Positions 46,761 to 60,400 of a stretch of DNA of 64,000 nt are shown here, piece by piece. The notes beneath the pieces are model-generated. The model saw nothing but the letters and a program-made list of their open reading frames with translations, did no database searches and was not told the DNA's origin. Origin of the DNA: the human T2T-CHM13v2.0 reference genome, Homo sapiens; the NCBI RefSeq assembly GCF_009914755.1, contig NC_060927.1; one strand, given 5' to 3'. Each line of letters begins with the position of its first letter. Positions within the stretch are counted from its first letter, which is position 1. A program made the position numbers and the translations under genes.

Positions 46761-49020
46761 TATCTTTTTCGGGAAATACTAGCCTAGGTTTGGGCTCCTA
46801 AAAAGTCCAGCTGCCAAATTTCAGTAAAAACCATACTCCAAATAAGTCACATAAGAAAACCCATGAAAAGCAGTTTATATTGCAGTCATGTCTATGGGAG
46901 GAGCCATTTCAAGGATATGACACTGAACGCCACACATGGGTTTTTGTTCTGTGTCGGGCAGTGCAATAAATGCTTCACACACATGATTTCATCCCGTCTT
47001 CAGAATAAGGATGTCACTGGTGAGGTAGGTGGTGTTATCTCTACCACCTCAGAAGCTGAGCAGCTTCCTAAAAGTTGTGCAGCTTATGAAAGTAGAAATG
47101 GGGATGTGACCCAGGTCTGCCTGGCTTCGAAATGCGTGTTCTAACCACCGAGCAGCACAGCCGGCAGTGCTGTTACCTGACCTGGGCTGTAAAGCAAAGG
47201 AGGCCGAGGTGTTCACCGGTGACTGTAGGATGCCAAGATGTGAGGGTGTAGTGAAAAGGGGCAGTCATCAACAAGAGGGAGAGGTGGGGCCCGGAGGTGG
47301 AAGGTGATGTTCCAGTGAGAAGGATACTTGCCAAAGGAGAACGTTCATGGTGCATGCCATGGCAAGGGCACGTGCGCTTTACCCTGAGAACCAAGTCAGC
47401 TGAGTCTACTGACCTTTCCCAGGAACTCACCTTGGGAATGGTATGTTTAACAAGCAGGATGGAGAAAAACACTAGTTGTGGATCTTCACTAACCTACCGG
47501 AAATTGATTTTCTTCTGTCAATTCATTTCTTACTAAGTTGTCTCAATGTGTTTGCCCTACAAATGTCCTATAGGCAACGTCTAAGGCCCCTGGGATGGAA
47601 TGCCATAAAAAAATAGTACAGTTAAGACAAAAGTAATGTCAGTCATGTCTCAGAGTCAGAGAAATCTCTGAGCAGCAAGAAAACAAGCAACATCACACAT
47701 TTTTTGAAGCGCCTGAATCTTAGAAAGCAAATTTTGAAAAATGCTATTGGACTTAATGTCCTATACTTTATTTGTTCCTCTTATTACAAGACTATGAAAA
47801 TTCCTTAAACACAAAAGTCAGGTAACAAACCAATGAATGCCAGGAAAAATCAAAGCTAAAGTTGATTCACTGTAAACAGAATTTCCTGGGTCTTGTGGAT
47901 TTGTGTTTCAGAATTTTAGTGTAACCTACAAAGAGTGGTTTGGCATCTTTTTTGTTCTTTTTTTTTGTTTTGTTTTCTATCCAAAGAAATAAAATTATGA
48001 TGTGTATCACTTGATCAAAATTAATTTTGGCTCCTGCATAGCCAACTAGTTCATCTTGCAGTTTACAGACCATGTGGAAAAACTTTCATTAAATTGATTG
48101 TGATAGGATCCTTGGAAGAAAATGCTGTTGATATTAAACCATGGTTTTAGTGGTTCAAAACAAACAACTCAGTTTAAAAGAGCCTGGTGCCAGTATGAAT
48201 ATAAAACTACCAGTGAATGTTGATAGAATGGGCTATTTTTTCTTTTGTTTTCCTATAACAGTAATCATTAGTTGGCTTGTCCATAATCAACATTCTAAAT
48301 AAATTATGACAGATCTTCTCAAATGCCTCCAATTTCCTAGACAGCATTTAAAAATAATTCTACATCAGCGATAAACTAAAGAGTATGGCATGCATTTGAA
48401 ATACTCTTCAAAGACTAAAGCCACTTTATTGCAGGAATCATCTTTTGCTTCTTTGAATCTCTAGCAATGCTTAACACTTCCGCGTTATTTTCTACGTACC
48501 ATGCAGTATGCTTGGCACTGTACATTCAATGGCTCATTCATTTGTTTATTGGTCAAATAATGATTGCGAATGTCTCCATGCTCAGCACACGGCCTGGGGC
48601 TGCCAATATAGTGGTGGGCAAGACTAGAAATGGAAGCTGTCCCTAGGAAGTTGACAGTCTGGTGAAGGAGAAGGATGCTAGGAATCCCACTACTGAGAGA
48701 AGGAAAGAAAACCTGGCAGGGAGAGGGAGGTCCCCTGAGGAACAGGTGTAGAGCACCAATCCAAAGGGCAGGATTTAAGTGGGGAGGAAGAGAGGAGAGG
48801 GAAAGGCATGTGCAAAGGTCCTGTGGTAGGAGAAAACCTGGTACAACTGATGGGCTGCTGGTGCACGTGAGTGGGGTGCAGACTATCATGCGTTAAGCCT
48901 GGAAGCATGGGCAAGGGCAGGCTATGCTGACTCTTGGAGGCTTCAGGTTGGACTTTGTTTTTAAAAAATATTTTTATTTTCTATTGTTTATACTTAAGAT
49001 GTACAGCATATTTTGCTATA

Positions 49021-49346
49021 CAGATGATCTCCAATTTATGATGGTTTGACTTATGATCTTTCACTTTTACAGTGAAAGAGATACATATTTAATAGAAACT
49101 GCACTTTCGGTATCCACATAATCCTTCTATTTTTCACATTCAGTACAGTATTAAATTACATGAGATATTCAAAATTTTATTATTGCGTTTAATGATTTTG
49201 CACAACTGCAGCTGATGAAAGTGTTCTGAACATATTTAAGGGAGGCTAGGATAAGCTACAATGTTCAGTAGGTTAGAAATATTAAATGCATTTTTGACTT
49301 AAAATGGGTTTAAGATGTAACTCCATCGTAAGTTAAGGAACACCTG
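49021..49346 (-). mobile_element. MER47A-like Tigger MITE inserted into an L1MA 3' end
   Basis: cagatg...cacctg termini flanked by TA on both sides. Host L1MA sequence at ~48965-49020 resumes at 49347-49430. Confidence 0.75.
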
Positions 49347-50374
49347 TACATATGTGTAATGAAGTGATTACTACAGTCAAGCAAATTAACATATCCATCA
49401 TGTTATAGTTACCTTTTTTCATTTTTTTAGTATTAACTATGGCTAATAATAGTGTGTCACATACTGGACATTTGCCAAGAGAGTAGATTTTTAGGTACTT
49501 TCATCACCAAAAAAAAAAAAAAAAAAGACTTTGATTTTGAGATGATTTAAGAGGAGGGTGGAGAATCCACAAGATTAAGGGTTTTTTTTGTTTGTTTGTT
49601 TGTTTTTCCTTCTGTTTGTACCTTAGAGACATGATCATGGGAGTTGGCTGCTGTGTGAAGAAGAGATTAGAAAAAATTAGGATGACATGGGACAGGAAGG
49701 GTAGCCCTCCCACCGTAAGCGCTCCAGAAAGTAAGTGACTTGCCTAAGGGTTATTAGCTACTAAATAGTAGTTTGGGAGCTTGAACTTGGCCTCTTACCT
49801 CCAAGTACATTATTCTTTGTTAAGCTAAAATACTTGACGTGTGAGGTCTCAAGACAAAGCAAATGCAAACACTAAATTTCAAAAGCTTGAAATAAATTAG
49901 GACTTAGATAGATCCTGGGCTTCTTGAGAATTTTAATTGTTCTGCTACTAGATCACGCCATACCGACATAGTCTTTCTGTAATGGGCTCTGGATCGCAAG
50001 TCACTGTTCCTTCTTGGGGGCTTCCCTCACAAGTACATGTGGATGTTGAGGACACTGCCTACTATTCTTACCCTAACCTGGGGTATTATTTATTTCTAGA
50101 AACTTTGCTTCCTAAGACTCTGGAATCATTTATCTCCCCCCACAGGAAGGTTGGATGCAGAAGGAAGAATGGTTTATTCTGTGACTGGCTAGAAAAGCCA
50201 CTGAATCTTGTATCTCTGAAACTCTCTGCAAAAAGGGATGCATATTCCCTAGCCCCAGTGGGGGAAGCTCTACCCACTTGCTCTTAAAACTCTGTTCTTC
50301 ACATGAACTGTCCCACGTTGTTTTTAGAACCATATTAAAAAATCCAAACCATATCCATCTTTAACCTGCCTAGG

Positions 50375-50398
50375 TTTTTTTTTTGTTTGTTTTTTTTT

Positions 50399-50434
<36 letters not shown>

Positions 50435-50684
50435 AGACAGAGTCTCACTCCATCACCCAGGCGGGAGTGCAGTGGTACAATCTTGGCTCACTACAACCTC
50501 TGCTTTCTGAGTTCAAGCGATTCTTATGCCTCAGCCTCCTGATGGCATGCGCCATCAGGCCCAGCTAATTTTTTTTTGTATTTTTAGTAGAGACGGGGTT
50601 TCACCATGTTGGCCAGGCTGGTCTTGAACTCCTGCCATGGCCTCCCAAAGTGCTGGGATTACAGGCATGAGCCACCACACCTGG
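50375..50684 (-). mobile_element. Alu (AluS) with two internal deletions and no visible TSD
   Basis: Long T-rich tail. Lacks the gtagctgggattaca and acctcaggtgatcc segments. Confidence 0.9.
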
Positions 50685-53600
50685 ATGATTTTTAGTTTTG
50701 ACTTTTAAGATGTAACTCCATCGTAAGTTAAGGAACATCAACAGTTCAAAGTGGCATTATCATGGGTGATTTTCTTCATTTTCATTATGCAAATTTTGAT
50801 AATTTTCTCCCTCTTGCTTCTCCCCATAAGGAAAACTGAATAGAAGCCTGCAGTTAGCAGGGCAGCCCTTGCTGCTCAGGCTTTCTTAGAGTGAGGAGCA
50901 GTGGTCCGTATTTTATTCTACTGAGTTATGACAATTGAACTATTCTGGAGAACTATGCTGTGTGTGCACGTGCGGGGAAATACCATTTCATTGCTTATCT
51001 AGTTCACATACAGAATTAAAGCACAAAAACTAACTTTATGTTTGTCCTAAACTTTGTCAAAATTCTGTATTTTAATTGCAAATTATTGCTCAACTTGGTG
51101 AAATTTAGGCTAGAGGAGAAAATATTTGCCTCTCTTCTGCTGTGTTGACTAAGTTATAAGAGAAAAAGAAACCCTCCCTATCAGCTCAAACTTAATTTGT
51201 AATATGTATGAATATTCCACTGAAGAGTGCTTATGTGCAATAATGAATCTGGCTCTATCTACTGAATTGCCAAAATATTCTCAGTTTGCTGAGACCCTTC
51301 CATGCAACCAGAGACAACTTTTATCAGTAGAATGTATAAACTGTCTCCAAGCTATCTATCTCCATTGAAATGTGCAATCACTGTGAGAAATTGGTGCAGA
51401 TTTCTGGAAATATTGGCTTTGCAAGAAGAACCAATGAAAAGGAGCAGGAATAACTAACAGTGGAGACATCTACGGTGGAAGACACAGAAATTGGGAAGAT
51501 TTAGAACCTATATGAATCAAAAGTAAACTTAAGTGTGTACTTCTTTCTCAAAGATTTATAAATGTGATTTACAAATGGCACAAAAAGAATAATAATGACA
51601 TCCTAAGATATTTATCACCTGTAAAATGGGAAATAAAATGACTCACCCTCTCGACTTCACAGGCACAGAAGGGCTTTAAAATATGGCCATATTATAATAA
51701 TTGATCCTTGCTTTTTGTGATTACATTTTTAAAAATAAGAATGGTGGGTTAATACCTTATCTTAGCCGCACAGAACACCTGACTTATACATAGGAGGCCC
51801 ACAATACCTTTGGAGAACTGAACAGAAATAAACATGTTTGTGGAAAGTATGAACTGGGCTAAAAACACTGCAAGATTCATGTATAGGTGAGTCCATTGAT
51901 ACATGCTGGGAATCAAATGATAAAGTAAACAAAATAGTATACTTGCATCTGAAGAAACTACTGATCATTTCTGGACCTCAATTTCCTTACCTGTAGAAAC
52001 TGGGAAATTAGATAATGTTGATTTTTAATATAAGAGGAACCTCACTAGACTGGTACTTACACCCTTCTGAATTATTTCAGATCACTCCCCATCTGGTCTT
52101 CTATGAATGCTTTACAGCCTTTGTAGCTACAACTCCACAATCTCCAGCCCCAATAATCCTATCACATCCTGGAAGCAGGAACTGGGCCCCCGTCCTTCCC
52201 CACCCTATGGCTATGCAGTTAAAACTTCCTGACTTCATTTTCTTGTTCTCAGGTTAGTTACATGGTAGTGTTGCCTCAGGACAATGGATCATTCATCTCC
52301 CTGACTCCCAGGTCCAACAGGGGACACAGAAGAGACAGATGCCTTGCCTGCGTTCACCTGGAGAAAGTTTGTTTAGATGACAGAATAACCCTGGGTATAT
52401 TCCAGCTCAGCAAGCTTGAAATGACTCTGGGGACTTGGCCTGGCCAAAGCACAGTTCTGAAATCTTTTCTTTGTTGTCGAATTGTTAGAGTTTTAACAAT
52501 GAAGCTAAAGGGGTTGCTTTTAGTGAGAGGTAGGAGAATAAAACTTCACAGGGGCACAGCAATTAGCGTGTGGACTAGATCCCTATGACGGAGAAAAACC
52601 TGCAGCATTTTGTAAGATGATTTATTAGACATGGGTAGAATTTGCTAGAAACCTACCAGGAGCAAATCATCTGGGAAGGAATTAATGATCCAAACAAAAC
52701 ACTTGATAATGCAATTAGAACTTGAGGAAACGTAGGGGTTTTTCAGAGAGAGAGAGGGGAGTTCATGTACATGACTTTGATTATGTCAAATGTAAGGCTG
52801 GAAAAAGGATGTTAACAAGTTTTTAAAGAGTAAAGTTATCAGAGGGTACAAGGAGATGACGGGGGTGACATTTATAGTTCTGATGCATCAGTGTAGTTAT
52901 CAAGTGTGCCCAGCTGGGTGGAAATGCACTTGCAGCTTTGTCTCAGCAAAATGGTGTGTGGGTCTGAGAAACAGAAATGAGCATGCTGGAGGCAAAAATA
53001 CGGATCCCCTGCACACGCAACGGCAGAGAACAGCCACCAGGAGAACGCGGTGTTTTTCTTTAGTTGCTTTAGGCAACACTAAGTTTCCCCCTGCTTTTGT
53101 TTGGGTCAGGGATTTTTTTTCCTTTAAATCTTTTCTCAGTTGAGTTTAAAACTGTGAGTATGAAGCTCTCTAAGCTTTTCTTTGACCTCGTTTCATCGTG
53201 CCTTACAGATGAGCTCATTGAAAAACGTGTTTTGCAGCGGTACCATCCGCTGAGTATGTCCAGAGGACATTTCTGGCCATATACGTGTCTTAATTGCTAT
53301 CGCAGGCTTGGCATATCAACTATATCTGGGTCTAACATAGGCTATCTTTTGTTGATATAAACATATATGTTTTTAAATGTGTAATTTGAAAATATGTTCC
53401 CTTCATCAGCTTTTTAGTTTGGAGGGGGATGTGGTTAACATTTTTAATGACTTTCCAAAACATTTCTTCTTTAAAATATACATTGCAGAGTCATACACCA
53501 CCATCCACACAGAGCTTTCATACTTTCCTAAGTGTTTTCACTTGCTTTAGCTCCAGGAATATGTGTCAAACTTGGGATAGCCCCTTAGAAACATGGCCCT

Positions 53601-54305
53601 CTCTGGATACGAGACAGTGTAGGACACAGATGCACATTAAAGTATTATCAGTGAAATGCTTTTCCTAGAAATCCATGACTCCTTCTGTCTTGGAGACTAT
53701 GCCTGGCTGACACTGACTGCTCCATATTGAGATGACTCAGGAAGCCCAGCCTGGCCATCGTAACTGGGTCCCATCCTCTGTTTTGTTCCCCTTGCACTTG
53801 GCACTGGCCACCCCAAGTGCTGGCTGCGCTGGTGCATTTTCATCTGTGTGATAAAACTTGGTGGATGTTTTCCTCCATCTAAGACCAGGACCTTGTTAGT
53901 TGGACCACTGCAGTCCTGCCAGTGGATGCCCCTACTTGGCACACTGGAGGTGTCCAATAAATACCCTACTGAACAAATACTGAATCTGAGAATTTTCCCT
54001 AAAAGTACTGCATATTTCCACCACCATATATTGTTTTTAAGAAGCTTTGGCTTTACATACTTCTGTTGAAACCCTTATTCTCCACTGTTCCTTTCAAGAA
54101 AATGATGTAGCACCAATGATCTCTGAAGATGTCCACATAAGTTGACCTTTCTGGATCTATTCCCATCATTTTAACTGTCCCCCAAGAGACTTTCAACCCA
54201 TAAAGATGACCCTCTTTGACCCAATTTTGGAAGCCTGGCTGCCCCCACCTTCTCTAGAAATGCTGGCTTTTTCCTTCAACCCCTAGATTGGCCTATTAGA
54301 CAATA

Positions 54306-54686
54306 GAGTCATCTCCCCATATCCATGAGATATTGGCTCCAGTATCTTCCCAAATCCATGAATTCTCAAGTTCCTGATATAAAATGGCACACAGAGTATT
54401 TGCATCCTCCCATATAGTTTAAATCACATGGCCATATACTTGTCCTAATTGCTATTGTAGGCTTGGCATACCAACTACATCCTCCCATATACTTTACATC
54501 ACCTCTAGATTATTTATAATACCTAATACAATGCCTACATCATGGGAATTCAACATAGTACTGGCATGTGGCAAATTCAAGTTTTGCTGTTTGGAACTTT
54601 GTGGAATTATTTTTTCCAAATATTTTTGATCATCAGTTGGTTGAATCCACAGATGAAGAACCCATAGATATGAAGTGCTGACTATA
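54306..54686. mobile_element. MER2 (Tigger) MITE carrying an internal insertion
   Basis: ctcaagttcctgatataaaatggc...catcctcccatatacttt...tctagattatttataatacctaatacaatg...gttggttgaatccacagatg. Confidence 0.8.
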
Positions 54687-55163
54687 TGCCCACATAAAGA
54701 GCCTACACTGTGCCATACGGGTTCCAGATACACTCACACACACATTAAAGCTCACCTGGACACTCCTAACACCCTAGGAGAAACAGCTCATATTCCTGAG
54801 CTTCAGAAGAAGAGTTTAAGGTTCAGAGAGGCCCAGAGACTCTTCCGGGGTCACTCAATGGCAGAGCCATAAAAAGAACCCAAGCCTTCCCCTTTTACAA
54901 CTGAGGCTCTGAGGGAGAGGGAGGTCCTCTGAAGTAGGACATGAACACTGTGAGCAAGTGGCTATTTTAACCTGTCCCTCAGCACAGCATATGACCCGGA
55001 GAACATAGTAGGCACTCACTAAATGCTGCCTTTAAGACAATCAGGTGGTTCTAGACTGTGGTAACTTGCAAATGGAATCCTTCTCCTGCTTTAACAAAAC
55101 AGGATGAACTTCCACTTGAGCAAGATATAAGATATCACCTTGATACCTCAATTTAACTGCTAA

Positions 55164-55470
<307 letters not shown>

Positions 55471-57773
55471 AAGTACTTCCATTTTACAGAGGAGAAAACT
55501 GGGCGGAGTTTCTTGTTTGGGTCTTTATATGATGTTTCTGCAGTAGAACCACATTCCTTTAGAGCCTTTACCCCACATTGTAATTATATTCTCAGCAGTG
55601 TAGTATTTAACTTCTGACCCCATCTCTCTCTAGAATGTAAGCCCCTTGAGGGCAGGGACTTTTCTTTCCATTGTACTACACTGGAACATTCCTCCAGAAC
55701 ACTAGAGGGAGATGCCCACTAATGTCTTTTAATGGAATGAGTGACAGGATGAGTGAGGGAGCCTGCCCAAAGTCACTGGAGTCAGACAGTCCTGTGTTAT
55801 GATCTTGTCTCTGCAACTTACCAGCTGTGTGACTCCAGGCTGCTTTGTCAACTACTTTAACCCTCAGCTGTCTCATCTGTGAAATGGAAATAATAACTGT
55901 ATCTATACTTTTAAGGGGCTGTGTGAGAAATACATGAGCTTTTGGATATAACTCATGCATTTAAAGCCTGTGCAGGATAAGTAACACTCAAAAGCTATTT
56001 ATCTTTGTTCTTATGAGGACAGGAAAAAAAATCACTGAAATATTAATTTGGGTTGGCACTTGTTAATTCAAGGATAAAAAATACAACACTGGAACTGTGT
56101 CCTCCCTCCCCTGGCTTTCTTAACCATGGTTGGATATGGAGTAGAGTTGGTTCTGAGACTTCATGGACAACTTTGAGAAAAAGGATGCATGGACCCTTTT
56201 GGTCAATTTCTCAGTGGTGGTTGACTCCCTCCCTTTCCTCTTTGGGGAACAGCCACTACTTCCTGTTCCAATCCATGGCGCAACTTGGAACAAAAAGTTC
56301 AAGTTAATTTAACTGGGGAGGGAGAGATTAGACAGACATGCTAAACAACTCAAACTTTAAATACTGGGAAGTTTCCAGGTACTCAGTCCAATGCTATAAA
56401 TCTTGGATTTAGAAAGTCGCCAGAGAGAGAAATAAAAAGGAGAAAATACCAAGCAAAGGAAACAGAGGTATCTCTTATTAAGGAATTAGTCCAGATAGGA
56501 ACTTATCAATGGAGGCAGTTAGCTGCAACATATAGTAACTAGTATATAAAATGTACAGTATGTGCATTACAAGTTATTCCTGCCAGTCATCCCCTAACTA
56601 GATAAAAGGAACTTAATTTTGAATATAAAATACCATTGTGATTCTGAGGGGAAATAGCTGCTGCTTTTCATCTCCCGCTGCTAACTGAAATATTGTTATG
56701 AAGGATAGTAATTTCTCTGTTTTGAGACTCCCAAAATAGAAAACAGCTGCTTGATAAAGGAAAATTGGTTCATATTCTTTAGAGTTTTACTTTATTAAAG
56801 TGCATGTCACTTCTAATGTTATGTGCCACAACCACTGACACTTTTGGGCAAGGGAGGGGAATAATTGTCATGTGAGGCAAAACAGGAATGTGTCTGTGTT
56901 ATGGTAAACTGCTTAACGCACTGGGAGAAAACTGTTATTCTCCCAGATGTCTAACAAATTACCTCTGTTTTCACTGGTTTAGTGCTGTGAATAGTAAGCA
57001 TTTGTTTGCCGTATTTGGTTCATGTGTTGTTTGTTCACAAAAAAAGATAAACTTTTTGCTTAAGATTTATTTAGCTAGAAACATGTAAACTTAGGAAATG
57101 TGTTTATAAAAACATTAGTTCTAACTGTAGTCTTACAGATGTGTCTTCTTTTACAACAAATGTTACAGTTTGAGAAAATCTTTTTACAGATGAAGAATGC
57201 TTTATATATATATTTTTAAAAGTGGCTTTTTGTACTTTTTGTAAAGATGTTTACAGCCAGCCCACTCCGTCTTCCCCTTATTAGTATTTCTGATTTACTT
57301 TCCTTCAGAATTTGGGGTAGTGGAGGCTTTTAATAAAAGATATTTATTCTTGGGTCTCCTCTTAATATTTTCTTAAATGTCAAATAAGTTTTAAAATTTC
57401 TAAGATACACGTATGGAATTACAAAGAATGTTACAATGAATGCCTGTTAAACCTACCAACCACAGAGGGAAACTGGCATTTCCCCGTGACGAGGAAGAGA
57501 TGGGCTTGTCTATAAGATATACCAGAAAATCTGTATTTATACAAAATGAAGTTGGACTCTAACATCTTACCATATATAAAAAAGTAACTGTGATAGACAA
57601 AATTTATATAAAACTTTGGGAGGAAAATATAAGTAAATATCTTTCTGACTCAGAGAGAGAAAACACATTTCCTAGCAAAGATTCAACAAGCACAAACCAA
57701 AAGAAAAGGGATATATTTGACTTTATGAAATTAAGAGATTTGGTTCATTAGAAAACATGATAAAGAATATGCA

Positions 57774-58086
57774 GGCCAGGCATGGTGGCTCACGCCTGTA
57801 ATCCCAGCACTTTGGGAGGCCAAGGCAGGTGGATCACAAGGTTAGGAGATTGAGACCATCCTGGCTAACATGGTGAAACCCCGTCTCTACCAAAAAAAAA
57901 AAAAAAAAAAAAAAAATAGCTGAGTGTAGTGGCAGGTGCCTGTAGTCCCAGCTACTCGGAAGGCTGAGGCAGGAGAATGGCGTGAACCCGGGAGGCCAGA
58001 GCTTGCAGTAAGCTGAGATCGTGCCACTGCACTCCAGCCTGGGAGACAGAGTGAGACTCCATCTCAAAAAAAAAAAAAAAAAAAAA
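57774..58086 (+). mobile_element. AluY with expanded middle A-tract
   Basis: gaatggcgtgaacccgggagg and gcttgcag diagnostics. 12-bp TSD aaagaatatgca (57762-57773 and 58087-58098). Confidence 0.94.
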
Positions 58087-58189
58087 AAAGAATATGCAAA
58101 GACAGGATACAAACTGGGAAATGTTTACAACACTTACATCAGAGGGGTTGGTATCCAGACTATGTTTTTCCAAATCCTACAACCAGGGA

Positions 58190-58231
58190 AGAAGAGGAAA
58201 AATCCAACAGAGAAGAGGAAAAATCCAACAG
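58190..58231. repeat. Perfect 21-bp tandem duplication
   Basis: agaagaggaaaaatccaacag x2. Confidence 0.95.
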
Positions 58232-58542
58232 AGAAATGGGCAAAAAGTTGGAGCAGGCACTTTACACACAAGGAAGAAACTAAAAAATGGCCAATATACA
58301 TAAATATATACTTAACTTCATAGTCAGGGTGAAGCAAATTTAAGCCACAGTGAGATACCGCTTCATATTCACTATATTGGAAAACTAAGAAGTCAGACAA
58401 TACCAAGTGTTGGCAGGGATGTGAAGCAACACGAACTTCTCTACCATAATGATGGAAAGCAATTTGACACTAGTAGAACTGAAGAGGCACATAAATGCCT
58501 TCTCTTCCCCAATCCTTTCACTCATCCACTCATCCATCAGTA

Positions 58543-58842
58543 TTTTTTTTTTTTTTTGAGACGGAGTCTCGCTCTGTTGTCCAGGTTGGAGTGCAGTGGT
58601 ATGATCTCGGCTCACTGCAAGCTCCACCTCCCAGGTTCATGCCATTCTCTTGCCTCAGCCTCCTGAGTAGCTGGGACCACAGGTGCCTGCCACCACGCCT
58701 GTCTAATTTTTTTTTTTGTATTTTTAGTAGAGATGGGGTTTCACCATTTATCCACGATGGTCTTGATCTCCTGACCTAGTGATCCACCCGCCTCAGCCTC
58801 CCAAAGTGCTGGGATTACAGGCGTGAGCCACCGCGCCCAGCC
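58543..58842 (-). mobile_element. AluY
   Basis: gcaagctccacctcccaggttcatgccattc diagnostic. TSD-like catcagt on both sides. Confidence 0.92.
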
Positions 58843-58879
58843 ATCATCAGTCTTAGTCTTATATAATAATGATTATCCT

Positions 58880-59012
58880 AGAGGAGTAGATTTCAAAGGG
58901 TGATTCCCAGGCCGGAAGCATCCAAAGTCTAGGGGTAAAGTGTGGCGCACAGTGTTTAAACATGCCCTCCTGGTGATTCTGATGCCAGTTCAAGTTTGAG
59001 AACCACTGCCCT
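58880..59012. mobile_element. MER5A/A1-like MITE
   Basis: ...tttaaacatgccctcctggtgattctgatgcc...agtttgagaaccactgcc. Confidence 0.6.
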
Positions 59013-60214
59013 AGCGGAATTTTTCTACCTTGTGACTGATATAATCCTGTGAGTTAAAAACAGGATTCCATCCTTTACCAGTCTGTCACCTTGACAAGCT
59101 GAACACCAAAGAGGCAAATAAGAAGAAAAAAAAAAAAAGAGAATCCCCTTCTCACCCAGTGAGTACTGGGGTGAAGAGCGAGGTAAGGCGGATACTTATA
59201 CACTGGTGGGTATTACGCAGACAGACTCATTTAGGGGCAATCTTTATTAAGACTTTTAAAAATGGTCATCCTCAGATACAAAAAAATCGACTTCTAGAAA
59301 TGTACACTAAAGATTGACCAATGATGTTGTTTAATTGACAGGCTGTAACCTGAAAGCCCCCCAGATGTGGTGTCTATAAATCATGACCTATCATTATGGT
59401 GATAGCTATACAGCTCTCATCAGAAAGAGGCCCCTGCTCAAACTTATTTCCACAAGAATTCTGCCAATTCAGATTCATTTGGGTAATAAGGTCCTTCTTA
59501 AAAATACATTCTCTTCCGGCAGGAGAATTCTACCCATCATCATTCACATTATTGGAAATTAATCAGGTTACTTTCTTATTTACTACTGGGAAGGGAGTAT
59601 TTGTAGGAGCAGGGGGTGTCTTGTTTAGGAGGATATAGGATAATGCTGGAGCCTGGAGTGATTCAGAGAAAGAATATGGTGAGATATATATATACACACA
59701 TGCATATGTATACATTATGTATATAATGTATACATAATATTTATCATGTATATACAGCAACTTCCAGAGACTCTTCCATAGTCAGAAACACTGTCCTTAT
59801 TTCCTACTGCCACTCAAATCAAGACCAGTGTGCAACACAAACTGAATACTGGTGCCAATGATATTCTTTCACTTCTGCACTATTTCAGCTTATTCTTTAT
59901 CACAAGCTGATGAATATCAGATGTATCTGAAAATTTTATATATTCTCTCTCCTTTACAGACAAAATTCAATAACCTTCAATTTTCTACTTGTAAACTAGA
60001 TATTACAGAACTATTTGCTTGAAAAAAGTTCTCAAACAAAACAATTTATTTTTGGTATTAACCAACAGATGGCTAAATTTTTGATCCACATCTAAGTGTC
60101 TGAGATGTGACTTCTTTGCTGCCTACTCATCCGACAAAGACTCAAGAAAATCTGTCAGAAGGCTTAGGTCACCTAGCAGTCCTCCCTCTTCCAGCATTTT
60201 TGATTTAATACAGA

Positions 60215-60400
60215 ACATAGGCTCCTAAACGTGAACTTGCGCCAAACCCACCTGGAGCCCTTGTGAAACAAATTGCTGGGCCCCACCCCAGCGTTTCTGA
60301 TTCAGTAGCTCTGGGGCGGGGCCTGAGAAAGTGCATTTCTAACAAACACGTTCCCAGATGCTGTTGCTGGGCCAGGACCCTACTCTGAGAACTAATGACT
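60215..60400. mobile_element. MER5A MITE
   Basis: cacctggagcccttgtgaaacaaattgctgggccccaccccagcgtttctgattcagtagctctggggcggggcctgagaaagtgcatttctaacaa. Confidence 0.8.

Larger units (their letters stand above)
57530..58495 (+). mobile_element. Old L1M ORF2 3' fragment (host of an AluY)
   Basis: aaaatgaagttggac..., gaaatgggcaaaa..., gtgagataccgcttca...gacaataccaagtgttggcagggatgtgaagcaac. Confidence 0.7.
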
